64,000 bases of DNA from a virus. Lineage: Duplodnaviria; Caudoviricetes. The translations under genes were made by a program, and so were the position numbers. The first letter of the stretch is position 1. The number at the start of each line of letters is the position of its first letter. Shown here in pieces: positions 56,704 through 64,000 of this stretch. The notes below the pieces were generated by a model. It was given only the letters and a program-made list of their open reading frames with translations. It was not told the origin of the DNA and did not search any database. The stretch is from positions 1,322 through 65,321 of the IMG/VR virus record IMGVR_UViG_3300006033_000027. The stretch is one strand, 5' to 3'.

Positions 56704-57130
56704 TTGTGTCCGCGTAAGACCAACCACCACGCTCATAGGTCTGGATCGCGTGGCAATTCCGACACCGCACGTCGCATTTATCTATCTCTGATCGAAGACG
56801 ATGATAGCCCGCCGATTGCCGAGCGAGGGCCATTACCCCATCTACCTTATCAGAACCCTCTCGGTGGTCGAACTCTAGAACACGGACATCTGTATTGCCG
56901 CAATCGACGCACCCCGTCTTCAAGAACCCCCGGCAGAACTCGATCTTTTGTTGCCGCTGACGCCGATTGTTTTTCCGCAATGACTCTTTACGTCGGGTGT
57001 TTACGGTGTAGTTCTTTTTGTTCCAGCGAGAGACACAAGACTTGCATCTCCGATGGCGAACTCCGGCTTTCTTATCCCTGAAACTGAAGTTCTCACTCAC
57101 CTGCTCCAAACCACATTCACTACAAATCAT
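56681..57130 (-). CDS. HNH endonuclease (tRNA associated)
   Basis: CVDCG..VLEFDH..KCDVRCRNCH; paralog of 2997-3431; leaderless TGATAGTAT promoter. Confidence 0.88.
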   Translation of the reverse strand: MICSECGLEQVSENFSFRDKKAGVRHRRCKSCVSRWNKKNYTVNTRRKESLRKNNRRQRQQKIEFCRGFLKTGCVDCGNTDVRVLEFDHREGSDKVDGVMALARQSAGYHRLRSEIDKCDVRCRNCHAIQTYERGGWSYADTSPSNSTG

Positions 57131-57165
57131 TGAGACATACTATCAGACTGAAACATTCAAAAATA

Positions 57166-57202
57166 TTTCAACCGAACGCTCTACCAACTGAGCTAAGGCC
57201 GG
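57166..57202 (-). pseudogene. Truncated tRNA-Phe(GAA), 5' half only
   Basis: CCGGCCT TAGCTCAGTTGGTAGAGC G TTCGG TTGAAA, then an abrupt AT-rich HNH leader. Confidence 0.8.
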
Positions 57203-57207
57203 ATCAG

Positions 57208-57282
57208 CGCCCCCAGCGGGATTTGAACCCGCGGTCTTCACCGTGACGGGGTGACGGGGACTCCAGACTCCCCTATGAGGAC
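57208..57282 (-). tRNA. tRNA-Asp(GTC)
   Basis: TCACC CCGTCAC GGTGA (C33); GCGGG TTCAAAT CCCGC. Confidence 0.88.
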
Positions 57283-57287
57283 AATCG

Positions 57288-57362
57288 TCTAGGTGGCAGG
57301 ATTCGAACCTGCGATCTCCTACGTCCGAGGTAGGCAGGATGTCCAAGCTTCCCTACACCTAG
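57288..57362 (-). tRNA. tRNA-Pro(CGG)
   Basis: CTAGGTG/CACCTAG-A; CCTAC CTCGGAC GTAGG. Confidence 0.9.
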
Positions 57363-57431
57363 ATGGCCCGTTTCTGATCCCACGGAGGGCTAGACCGTGT
57401 CACCAGTTGAGCTTGTGGCTCTTCTGAATCG

Positions 57432-57510
57432 TGGGCCCGTGGGGAGTCGAACCCCGTCCATCTCCGTTCCGCAAGCGGTCTTCCGAAAATGTCGAAACCA
57501 ATCCAGGCCC
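57432..57510 (-). ncRNA. Mini-tmRNA (tRNA-like domain only)
   Basis: GGGCCTG GATTGGTTTCGAC ATTTTCG..CGGAGAT GGAC GGGGTTCGACTCCCC ACGGGCCCA. Confidence 0.7.
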
Positions 57511-57512
57511 AA

Positions 57513-57593
57513 GTCCCGAGAGCGTTGGGGGTCACTTCCGAAGTTCGCGGAATCGAACCGCTATCACCCTTTCAACCGGCTACTCCCGGAGAC
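57513..57593 (-). ncRNA. Orphan T-loop-containing structured RNA
   Basis: Stem GTCTCCGGGAG/CTCTCGGGAC enclosing GCGG TTCGATT CCGC and ACTT CGG AAGT. Confidence 0.5.
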
Positions 57594-57631
57594 AGAGGTT
57601 AGCGTATCAGATCCAATACGTCGAGCACAAG

Positions 57632-57702
57632 CACCCCGTAGACGAATCGAACGCCTGCCAAGGGGTTTGGAAGCCCTTGTGCTACCACTACACCAACGAG
57701 AT
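57632..57702 (-). tRNA. tRNA-Trp(CCA)
   Basis: ATCTCGT/ACGGGGT-G; loop TTCCAAA with C31xC39 mismatch. Confidence 0.85.
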
Positions 57703-57755
57703 AGGGTGCCCCGTGTAGCTGACTGGTCTAGATTCGTGGGGTGGACGGGCTAGAC

Positions 57756-57980
57756 TTACGCCTCGTCAGTCACCCAGGTGAGGACACCACTGACGCTCTT
57801 CAACGTCTGGGTCTCGCCGTCGTCGTAGCCGGAGATCGCCTCGAAGTAGGCTGAGATATCCGCATCCACGTCTGTCGTACTAGGCACAGGCCCAACCACG
57901 AGAAAAGGCTGGGGGACATACGCAGACTCGTAGTCCTCGGCATCAACCTGGGTCAGAGTGATCGGCTTGGGATCGGTCAT
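57756..57980 (-). CDS. Small virion-associated hypothetical protein
   Basis: AGGAG SD; directly after capsid gene. Confidence 0.65.
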   Translation of the reverse strand: MTDPKPITLTQVDAEDYESAYVPQPFLVVGPVPSTTDVDADISAYFEAISGYDDGETQTLKSVSGVLTWVTDEA

Positions 57981-58026
57981 ATGTGAACTCCTAAGAAAGT
58001 CTTACCAGACTAGTCTACCAGAAACG

Positions 58027-58057
58027 AGAGAACCCCCAGCCGAAGCCAGGGGTTCTC
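58027..58057 (-). terminator. Intrinsic terminator after major capsid gene
   Basis: GAGAACCCC..GGGGTTCTC inverted repeat. Confidence 0.7.
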
Positions 58058-58075
58058 ATCTAGGTTAGTCAGGGA

Positions 58076-59275
58076 TTACGGGGTGATAACTCCGTCGCCG
58101 TCGCTAAATACCGCGTACTCCGGGTTCCATCCGAGACCACCCGAGATCACACGACCGCGCAGGGCCGCGCTGTCGGTGTCGAAGCTACCCTCGAACGGGG
58201 GCACAGTGCCTCCGCCGACGTAGTTCCCAGTCACGTTCTGGACCCGGACCTCCGGACCCTCGTGACCGCGCAGGCGACCCAGGTTGTAGAACCGCTTCTG
58301 AGTCGGAACGGCTCCCTTGGCCGGGACCAGAGCCCACTGGGTTCCAGTCAGGTAGTCGGTCTCGATCACACCGCTGATTCCGGTGAAGGGGCTGAAGCCA
58401 CGGACACCCAGATCCCGGTTGCCGTCCTGGATTCCACGGAGGAACAAGGACTGCATCTGGAAGTTCACCGCATCCGAGGTGCCGGTCGGAACCAGAAGGT
58501 TGTACGAGCGGACCCGCACCTTCCGACCAGCGATCTCGCGCTGCTTCGCCTGAGTCAGGGCCAGGGCGATAGCCGCAGCGGTAGCCGGGGCGTCAGCCGG
58601 GACAGCCACACCGTCCAGCGTAGTACCCGCATCCAGGTGGTTCGCCGGGGTGTCGATGAATGAGATCAGGCCGTTCCAGGCGTCCCACTCTTCCCGATCC
58701 AGCAGGAATTCGGTGATGATCCCCGGAAGCTGGGGCACGATCTCACCCGCGTCAGCGACAATGCGCTCGAACGTCAGGTTGAAGCGGCCACCGGCCTTGT
58801 GGATCTTGCCACCCGCAGCCAACTCACCCGCGAACTTGAATTCGGGGTAGGGCGAGCCCTCGGGGACGATGGGCGGCACCCAAGCGGGCTTACCCGGCTC
58901 GGTCACCGGACGCTCGAAGCCTGTCACGTTCTCGTAGTCGATGGCGTAGACCTTCGGAGCCTCGAACGAACTCACGGTCTGGACGTCAATGACATCCGAC
59001 CAGTTCCGCTCAGCGGCCTCGAACAGGTTGTCCACCTCAACGGCGACAAGGTGAGTGAACCCGAAGATGAAGTCGTCACCTGTGGTCAGAGTCTCACCGA
59101 AGCGAACTCCCAGGTGGCGCTTGAACTCGGCCTCAGCCAGCGGGTCACCCTTGCGAATTCCTTCGAGGATCTGGTCCGCAGCAACCAGCTTGCGAGCATC
59201 GACACCGACCGGCAGCGGCACACGTCCGCCGTTAGTCAGCTTCTCTTCCAGTTGCTTATCCAAGGTTGACTCCAA
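58076..59275 (-). CDS. Major capsid protein
   Basis: About 395-399 aa; VPEGSPYPE..LLVP..EGSFDTD; alternative TTG start at 59263. Confidence 0.88.
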   Translation of the reverse strand: MESTLDKQLEEKLTNGGRVPLPVGVDARKLVAADQILEGIRKGDPLAEAEFKRHLGVRFGETLTTGDDFIFGFTHLVAVEVDNLFEAAERNWSDVIDVQTVSSFEAPKVYAIDYENVTGFERPVTEPGKPAWVPPIVPEGSPYPEFKFAGELAAGGKIHKAGGRFNLTFERIVADAGEIVPQLPGIITEFLLDREEWDAWNGLISFIDTPANHLDAGTTLDGVAVPADAPATAAAIALALTQAKQREIAGRKVRVRSYNLLVPTGTSDAVNFQMQSLFLRGIQDGNRDLGVRGFSPFTGISGVIETDYLTGTQWALVPAKGAVPTQKRFYNLGRLRGHEGPEVRVQNVTGNYVGGGTVPPFEGSFDTDSAALRGRVISGGLGWNPEYAVFSDGDGVITP

Positions 59276-59690
59276 TCGTCACAGCGGTGTCGGTCGCGCT
59301 GTACTCACCGCGGAAGAAGTCCACGATGCCGAACAGCGTATTTCCACTGGAGGTCAGGGTCAGGACACCACCCGAAGTGATGTAGACCGCGGTTCCCGGA
59401 GCAGTCGCAGCGGAAGCTCCAGTCACGTCAAATCCCCACGTTCCGTTCGGGGTGGCCGTAGCCTGGAGGGGTCCAAGACCCACACCGCCCGAGTTGGACT
59501 GGGTAATCACGATTTCCGTGTCACCCGCCGTGATGGTCGTTTCCTTCTCGTGGTCACCCGATCCGGTGATGGTCACCATCGGGCGCCCGCCGAAAAGCAA
59601 GGCGGTACGGGGAGCAGTGTTCGTGGGGACTGTGATAACCCGACGCTCGGACTCAACATCCGAGAAGATTTCACCATATGCGACAGCCAT
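59256..59690 (-). CDS. Capsid decoration/cement protein (DUF2190-like)
   Basis: G..VYIT..LT...GN..FG; between protease and capsid genes. Confidence 0.7.
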   Translation of the reverse strand: MAVAYGEIFSDVESERRVITVPTNTAPRTALLFGGRPMVTITGSGDHEKETTITAGDTEIVITQSNSGGVGLGPLQATATPNGTWGFDVTGASAATAPGTAVYITSGGVLTLTSSGNTLFGIVDFFRGEYSATDTAVTIGVNLG

Positions 59691-60586
59691 TATCGGCTAC
59701 CTCCGAATCCCTTGAACTCGTACTCAGTCAGAGAACCCTCGACCACGCGGCCCTCGTTCGCCTTGTCGGCCTTGACCGACTCCACGATCTCGTTATACAC
59801 GGTCTTCTGCTCCTTGATCGCGTCCTCGATCTTCGTTCCGGACTGGAACTTCTCGATCACGGCAGTCCGAAGGGACTGGGGAAGGTTGGCTTCGGCAACG
59901 GCGTCAACCACCGCGGCCAGATCCACCTCGTCTTCCCGCGACTGGGGAGCAAGGGCCTCAGCGATAAGCGGCTTGATAACACCGGAGAAGTCAAACTCCT
60001 TCAGCGCCTCAGCAACCGCCTTGCGGATTTCCGCAATCTCTTCTGGGGTCACAGTTGTTCCTTCATTTTCGTGTTCCCGGGCAGTTGCCGCGGAAGTCTT
60101 AGCTGCCTCCAGGAACCGTCCTCGGGCTCCAGGGGCGATTACCACATCGACGGACCTGTACGGGTCCTCCCGGTTGAAGGACTCTACGATGAACTCACCG
60201 TTCTTGTCCTTCTTGCCGTCACCTTCAATGAAGATGGACAGCCCGAGCTTCTTGCGGTACTTGGTCAGGGCTTCCGCGTAAGCCTCGTGAGGCTCCCAGT
60301 TGGCGTAAACCCCGAGACCTGTTTCGTCGTCTTCTTCGAGCCAGGTCTCGCCCTTGACCTGTCCAGCGATCTCCGTGAATGTCCGATCCCAAGGGCCTCG
60401 ACCCTCAGCCGGGTGGTTCACAAAGCTCAGAACTTCGTCAAAAGCGTCACGGTATTCCGTCAGCAACTCACGGCTGTAAGTTCCGCTGGAACCCTTACCC
60501 TCTGAGATCAGACGAACCTTCCAGGTGCCATCGGCATTGTCCTGAACAATCGTGCTGGACTCGGTGAGCTTGGTAACCATGTCCAT
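59690..60586 (-). CDS. Prohead protease / scaffold
   Basis: ISEGKGSSGTY..NHP..GLSI..SVDVVIAPGARG plus helical acidic tail. Confidence 0.85.
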   Translation of the reverse strand: MDMVTKLTESSTIVQDNADGTWKVRLISEGKGSSGTYSRELLTEYRDAFDEVLSFVNHPAEGRGPWDRTFTEIAGQVKGETWLEEDDETGLGVYANWEPHEAYAEALTKYRKKLGLSIFIEGDGKKDKNGEFIVESFNREDPYRSVDVVIAPGARGRFLEAAKTSAATAREHENEGTTVTPEEIAEIRKAVAEALKEFDFSGVIKPLIAEALAPQSREDEVDLAAVVDAVAEANLPQSLRTAVIEKFQSGTKIEDAIKEQKTVYNEIVESVKADKANEGRVVEGSLTEYEFKGFGGSR

Positions 60587-60589
60587 TAC

Positions 60590-60637
60590 AGGATACCACG
60601 AAGGGCGAATCTTAGTGTTTCACTATCTCCGTGTCAA
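60590..60637 (-). promoter_or_regulatory. Late promoter element, copy 2
   Basis: TTGACA -18 nt- TAAGATTCGCCCTTCGTGGTATCCT. Confidence 0.7.
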
Positions 60638-60647
60638 GTCCTAAGAC

Positions 60648-62216
60648 CTAAATAGTGTCGTTACGCTGATCGTTGTTGGGGGCGGATGTATCCCCTGCGC
60701 CGCCGTTCGACTGGCCCTGTCCGGGACCCTGCTGAGTAACCGGCGCCGTGGGATCTTCCTTGGGTTCGATGTCGCTCCGCTGCCAGCTATCCTTGTTGTT
60801 CGGCAGCAAAATTCCTTCCGGTGCCGCATCGTGCTTCAGCAGAATGTCGGCAGCCTCCGCCATGATCGGGCGAATCTCGTCCGTGTGGAAAGCGCCGGTA
60901 CCCCAAGCCATCACGAGCTTCTGGATCATCCGCAGAGCCTCAGCCTCGTCCAGCAGGGTCGGGAAGGAGACATGGGCATCCTCGGCACCCAGATACTTCA
61001 AGATCCGCGTGTCGAACTCAACGTGCCACCGCTGACGCTCCTGCATGGCAAGGCGTCCGGGCACGTCCAGAGTGGAGGCAGCACCGTAGGAGCTACCCGC
61101 GTCTCCCGGGCTGGAGGTCAATGCCACCACGGAGACCTGGAGGCCCGTGGCGATAGCCGCAGCCAGCGCAAGTCCCGACGAGAACTCGTAAGCCTTACCC
61201 GCCGAGGCGAGGGTCTGAATGTCGCCTCCCGCGATCACCGCGGACTGTCCCGCACCACCCGCGTTGTTTCCAACCTTCAGGGCGGTGTTCTCGACAGCCT
61301 TCTTGGTGGGCTGGGTGATCTTGTAGATGTACCGGGCCATCGCCTTGGTGACCTGGAGACCATTCTTCAGGAACTCCGAGTAGATCGTGGCCCACTCGAT
61401 GACGGCCCCTGCATCGGGCCATCCGTAGGCCCACCCGATCTGGCTGTTCACCTTGCCGTCGATGATCGTCTGTGTCTGGTCTACCGTCTCGTACTGGTTA
61501 CCCACCCGAATGGACGGGCGCCGCTCATCCGTGAAGATGTCGGTGAAGTACCAGCGGTTCACGGTCTCAACCACATCCCCGGACTGTGTGCGCCGGGTCC
61601 AGGTACGACGATAGGCCCAGATTTCTTCATCGAAGTCCGGGTTGCGGAAGTCCGCAGTGATGTCGGAGAGACTGAGGCGCCGAGCAATCTTCGTGCTGTC
61701 GTTGAAGATCAGCCAGTGATGTCCGTCAGAGTACAGAGCCCGCTCACGCTCCTTGTGTGCATTGGAGCCGAAGACGTACAACTGGTTGACGGGGTGCTCG
61801 ATGTAGTCCAAGACCTTCGAGGCCGCGGAGCGCCGACCCACCCCCGTGGACCGCTCGGGCAGTCCTTCGTACACGATGTCGTTGGCCCACACGTAGTTCG
61901 AGCGAAGCTCAGCACCCTGCTTGATCCACGGCTGGGCAATCATGTACTCGCGGATCTTCTCGGATCGCTTCTTGATGAGGTCCATGTCGGGACCCTCTCC
62001 GTCATCGAACCGGGCTCCCCACAGCGGCAGCCATCCGCGGTCGTCCATCATCAGACGCAGTTGGTCTAGGTTCTCTTCGAGGATCTGTCGCTCTTCCCCC
62101 ATTGCGGAGATCCGAGAGTGCGCCTCTTCAAGAGACCGCTGAATTACCGCGTAATCCTCCGGAGAAACGTCCGGTTCATTCTCGATTTCGCGGTCATTAG
62201 TGAAGAAATTCGACAT
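60648..62216 (-). CDS. Portal protein
   Basis: 522 aa ahead of protease; leaderless TGGTAAACT promoter. Confidence 0.85.
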   Translation of the reverse strand: MSNFFTNDREIENEPDVSPEDYAVIQRSLEEAHSRISAMGEERQILEENLDQLRLMMDDRGWLPLWGARFDDGEGPDMDLIKKRSEKIREYMIAQPWIKQGAELRSNYVWANDIVYEGLPERSTGVGRRSAASKVLDYIEHPVNQLYVFGSNAHKERERALYSDGHHWLIFNDSTKIARRLSLSDITADFRNPDFDEEIWAYRRTWTRRTQSGDVVETVNRWYFTDIFTDERRPSIRVGNQYETVDQTQTIIDGKVNSQIGWAYGWPDAGAVIEWATIYSEFLKNGLQVTKAMARYIYKITQPTKKAVENTALKVGNNAGGAGQSAVIAGGDIQTLASAGKAYEFSSGLALAAAIATGLQVSVVALTSSPGDAGSSYGAASTLDVPGRLAMQERQRWHVEFDTRILKYLGAEDAHVSFPTLLDEAEALRMIQKLVMAWGTGAFHTDEIRPIMAEAADILLKHDAAPEGILLPNNKDSWQRSDIEPKEDPTAPVTQQGPGQGQSNGGAGDTSAPNNDQRNDTI

Positions 62217-62347
62217 GATAGCAGTTTACCAGGCAAATTGGAAGAGCCCCCGCCACCGATTTTGTCAGGTAACGAGGGCTCTCTTATCGGGGGTCATCTA
62301 TCCCGAGGGAGGCTTATCATCCTGGATCAAGTTTACCAGTAGACAGC

Positions 62348-62520
62348 AAGAACCCCCGGCGTGGAGGCACATGAGTCCTGCCGGGGGTTCTTATCCCAAG
62401 TGAATAGGGAAGGTGCTGGCCTCGAAGGGGTCAAATCCATCCAGCATGTGCAGCTATTTCTCCCCGGCCCCTATAGAGCCTGGAAGCGGGTTGGTTACCG
62501 CCCGGGTTAGCCCCTACCGC
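62348..62520 (-). ncRNA. Putative small RNA between holin and portal
   Basis: TGATAGACT promoter at 62529-62537; terminator AAGAACCCCCGGC/GCCGGGGGTTCTT. Confidence 0.45.
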
Positions 62521-62534
62521 TGAGAAGCAGTCTA

Positions 62535-62885
62535 TCAGCCCTGCTCGGATGTGTCAACCGGCCCGATGCCCTCGTGGAGAGAAATGTCCTCACCCTCCGT
62601 CAGGATGTCATCCTCCAGGTCGGGGTCAAAGGTGTCTTCTTCCGCCGCCTTGCCGGTGCTGATGTTGGCAATCGCCAGGGTACCCATCGGTCCTGCCAGG
62701 AATCCGATAGCGCCGCCCAAGCCCACCAGCCACAGAGCCGGAGCCTGCTGGGTAGCCCCCAGGTAGGCGATCACGGTTCCGTAGGCGAGTCCGAGAATCG
62801 CGTAGACAGCCCACACGATCTTGCGAGCCCCGTTGTTGGTGATGATCGCACCGAGATCGGTGCTTGAAGTTTGGTCCTTAGCCAT
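62535..62885 (-). CDS. Holin
   Basis: ARKIVWAVY.. two TM segments and acidic tail. Confidence 0.75.
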   Translation of the reverse strand: MAKDQTSSTDLGAIITNNGARKIVWAVYAILGLAYGTVIAYLGATQQAPALWLVGLGGAIGFLAGPMGTLAIANISTGKAAEEDTFDPDLEDDILTEGEDISLHEGIGPVDTSEQG

Positions 62886-63240
62886 TTGTGTTCTCACTCT
62901 CATTCGTAGAGATCTTATCACGACTCTCGTTCGGTCGCTGAGCCTTCCGCAGCACGAAGAACAGGCGCCACGACACCGCGACCAGGATACCCACCAGGAA
63001 GAACCGAATCACGTCCCGACCGGGGAAGTCTCCGAAGGTGTAGCTGTTGGACAGGTACAGGATCAGCGCGAACATCGAGATCTTCTGATACATCAGGGTG
63101 CGCCCCGCGGGGGTCTGCCGCCACAGCTTCGAGAACCGGCGCCGGTACCACTTATCGGTCGGCTCGGTCCCATAGAAGAACGCGAAGAGCCCGAGCGGGA
63201 GCAGCCAGAACCAGGCAAGCAGTTGTGTCCAGAGGTTCAT
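62878..63240 (-). CDS. Membrane protein (lysis cassette)
   Basis: Three TM segments; WRQTPAGR. Confidence 0.75.
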   Translation of the reverse strand: MNLWTQLLAWFWLLPLGLFAFFYGTEPTDKWYRRRFSKLWRQTPAGRTLMYQKISMFALILYLSNSYTFGDFPGRDVIRFFLVGILVAVSWRLFFVLRKAQRPNESRDKISTNESENTNG

Positions 63241-63464
63241 CGTTCCAATCCCATGCTCTTCATCAGGTCTTCCCCGAAGTGGTTTCGCATCCGCTCAGTG
63301 CGAAGAAAGTCCGCAGTACGTCGTGCTTCTACATTCTGCTGTTCGGCCTGCTTCAATGCAAGCTGAGCCCGGCGCACCGCGGCCTTCGCCTCGTGCTTAG
63401 CAGTGGTCGGGATAGGTCCGGTGCTCGTCACATCCCGACCCCGCAGCTTATCAAGAAGCTTCAT
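63237..63464 (-). CDS. Hypothetical lysis-cassette protein
   Basis: Coiled coil ending ..RNHFG. Confidence 0.65.
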   Translation of the reverse strand: MKLLDKLRGRDVTSTGPIPTTAKHEAKAAVRRAQLALKQAEQQNVEARRTADFLRTERMRNHFGEDLMKSMGLER

Positions 63465-63774
63465 CTCGATCACCCCGAACAACCCGAAGGGACTGAATGA
63501 AGCTTGCCGTGGTCCGCGAGTTCTCCAGGAGTTCTCGATTGGTCTCAGATTCCTTTTCCCGGGCCGACTCGGAAACCTCGTAAGCCTTACGCCACTGGTT
63601 CTTCTCTTCGATCAGATCAGTCAGGCGCTTGTCCCGATCAACCCGGATGTCATTCACCGTGGACCTCGGAACGATCCAGCCCCGAAGCAGCGCGATAATA
63701 GCCAGCGACAAGAGAGCAGCGTAGGCTACCCTCTCGGCGTTGACTGATTGCAGAATCGACGCCCACGGGTCCAT
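63451..63774 (-). CDS. Membrane protein (lysis cassette)
   Basis: TM segment plus RGWIVPR..WR.A. Confidence 0.75.
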   Translation of the reverse strand: MDPWASILQSVNAERVAYAALLSLAIIALLRGWIVPRSTVNDIRVDRDKRLTDLIEEKNQWRKAYEVSESAREKESETNRELLENSRTTASFIQSLRVVRGDRDEAS

Positions 63775-64000
63775 TATCGCTTCTTGTTGACGACCGAATT
63801 CCAGTCGTTGACCTGAGACGTGTTGACGTTGCGGACCTTGCCCCCCGTGATCTTCAGGAGCGACGAAGCGCGGGTCGCTGAGATCGGGAGGGCTTCCTTG
63901 CCGCTCATCAGGGCGTAATACTGCGCCGGGATCTTCTTACCCGCGGCGTTTGTGTATGCGGGGCGTCGTACAATATACAATTCTTCGTCCTGTTCGATGA
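63774..64000 (-). CDS. Probable C-terminal end of endolysin (runs off window)
   Basis: Frame open to window end (IEQDEELYIVRR..); position before lysis membrane genes only. Confidence 0.45.
   Translation of the reverse strand, partial: IEQDEELYIVRRPAYTNAAGKKIPAQYYALMSGKEALPISATRASSLLKITGGKVRNVNTSQVNDWNSVVNKKR

Noticed and set aside
57363-57630. Full-length tmRNA
   Set aside because: The 5' and 3' tRNA-like segments lie within 79 nt; no tag ORF ending in an ..AA-type motif was recognised nearby

Overview
About 64 kb, probably most of the genome, of a GC-rich, apparently lytic siphovirus. The host is most likely actinobacterial (WhiB, NrdH, AGAAAGGAG-type SD sequences, many leaderless TGnTAnnnT promoters). 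No integrase or repressor is visible. The minus strand carries terL, putative terS and tRNAs (1-4803) and the lysis, portal, capsid and tail module (40945-64000). The plus strand (5155-40383) carries early and replication genes: an Ocr-like DNA mimic, SF2 helicase, Ro60, WhiB, PNKP, RNA ligase, ERF, exonuclease, SSB, primase-helicase, PolA, an HslV-like protease and a NARP1-like Prs/Nampt pair. Most notable: (i) four tandem Y-RNA-like ncRNAs sit directly upstream of Ro60, sharing a Ro-binding stem but with different tRNA-derived inserts, one being a circularly permuted tRNA-Phe that keeps its anticodon loop; (ii) a tmRNA tRNA-like domain with no mRNA part, plus other orphan T-loop RNAs; (iii) a small RNA with two anti-Shine-Dalgarno copies; (iv) HNH genes that split essential genes and supply a recoded new N-terminus, or that sit in broken tRNA genes. 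All calls come from reading motifs by eye; no database searches were run.
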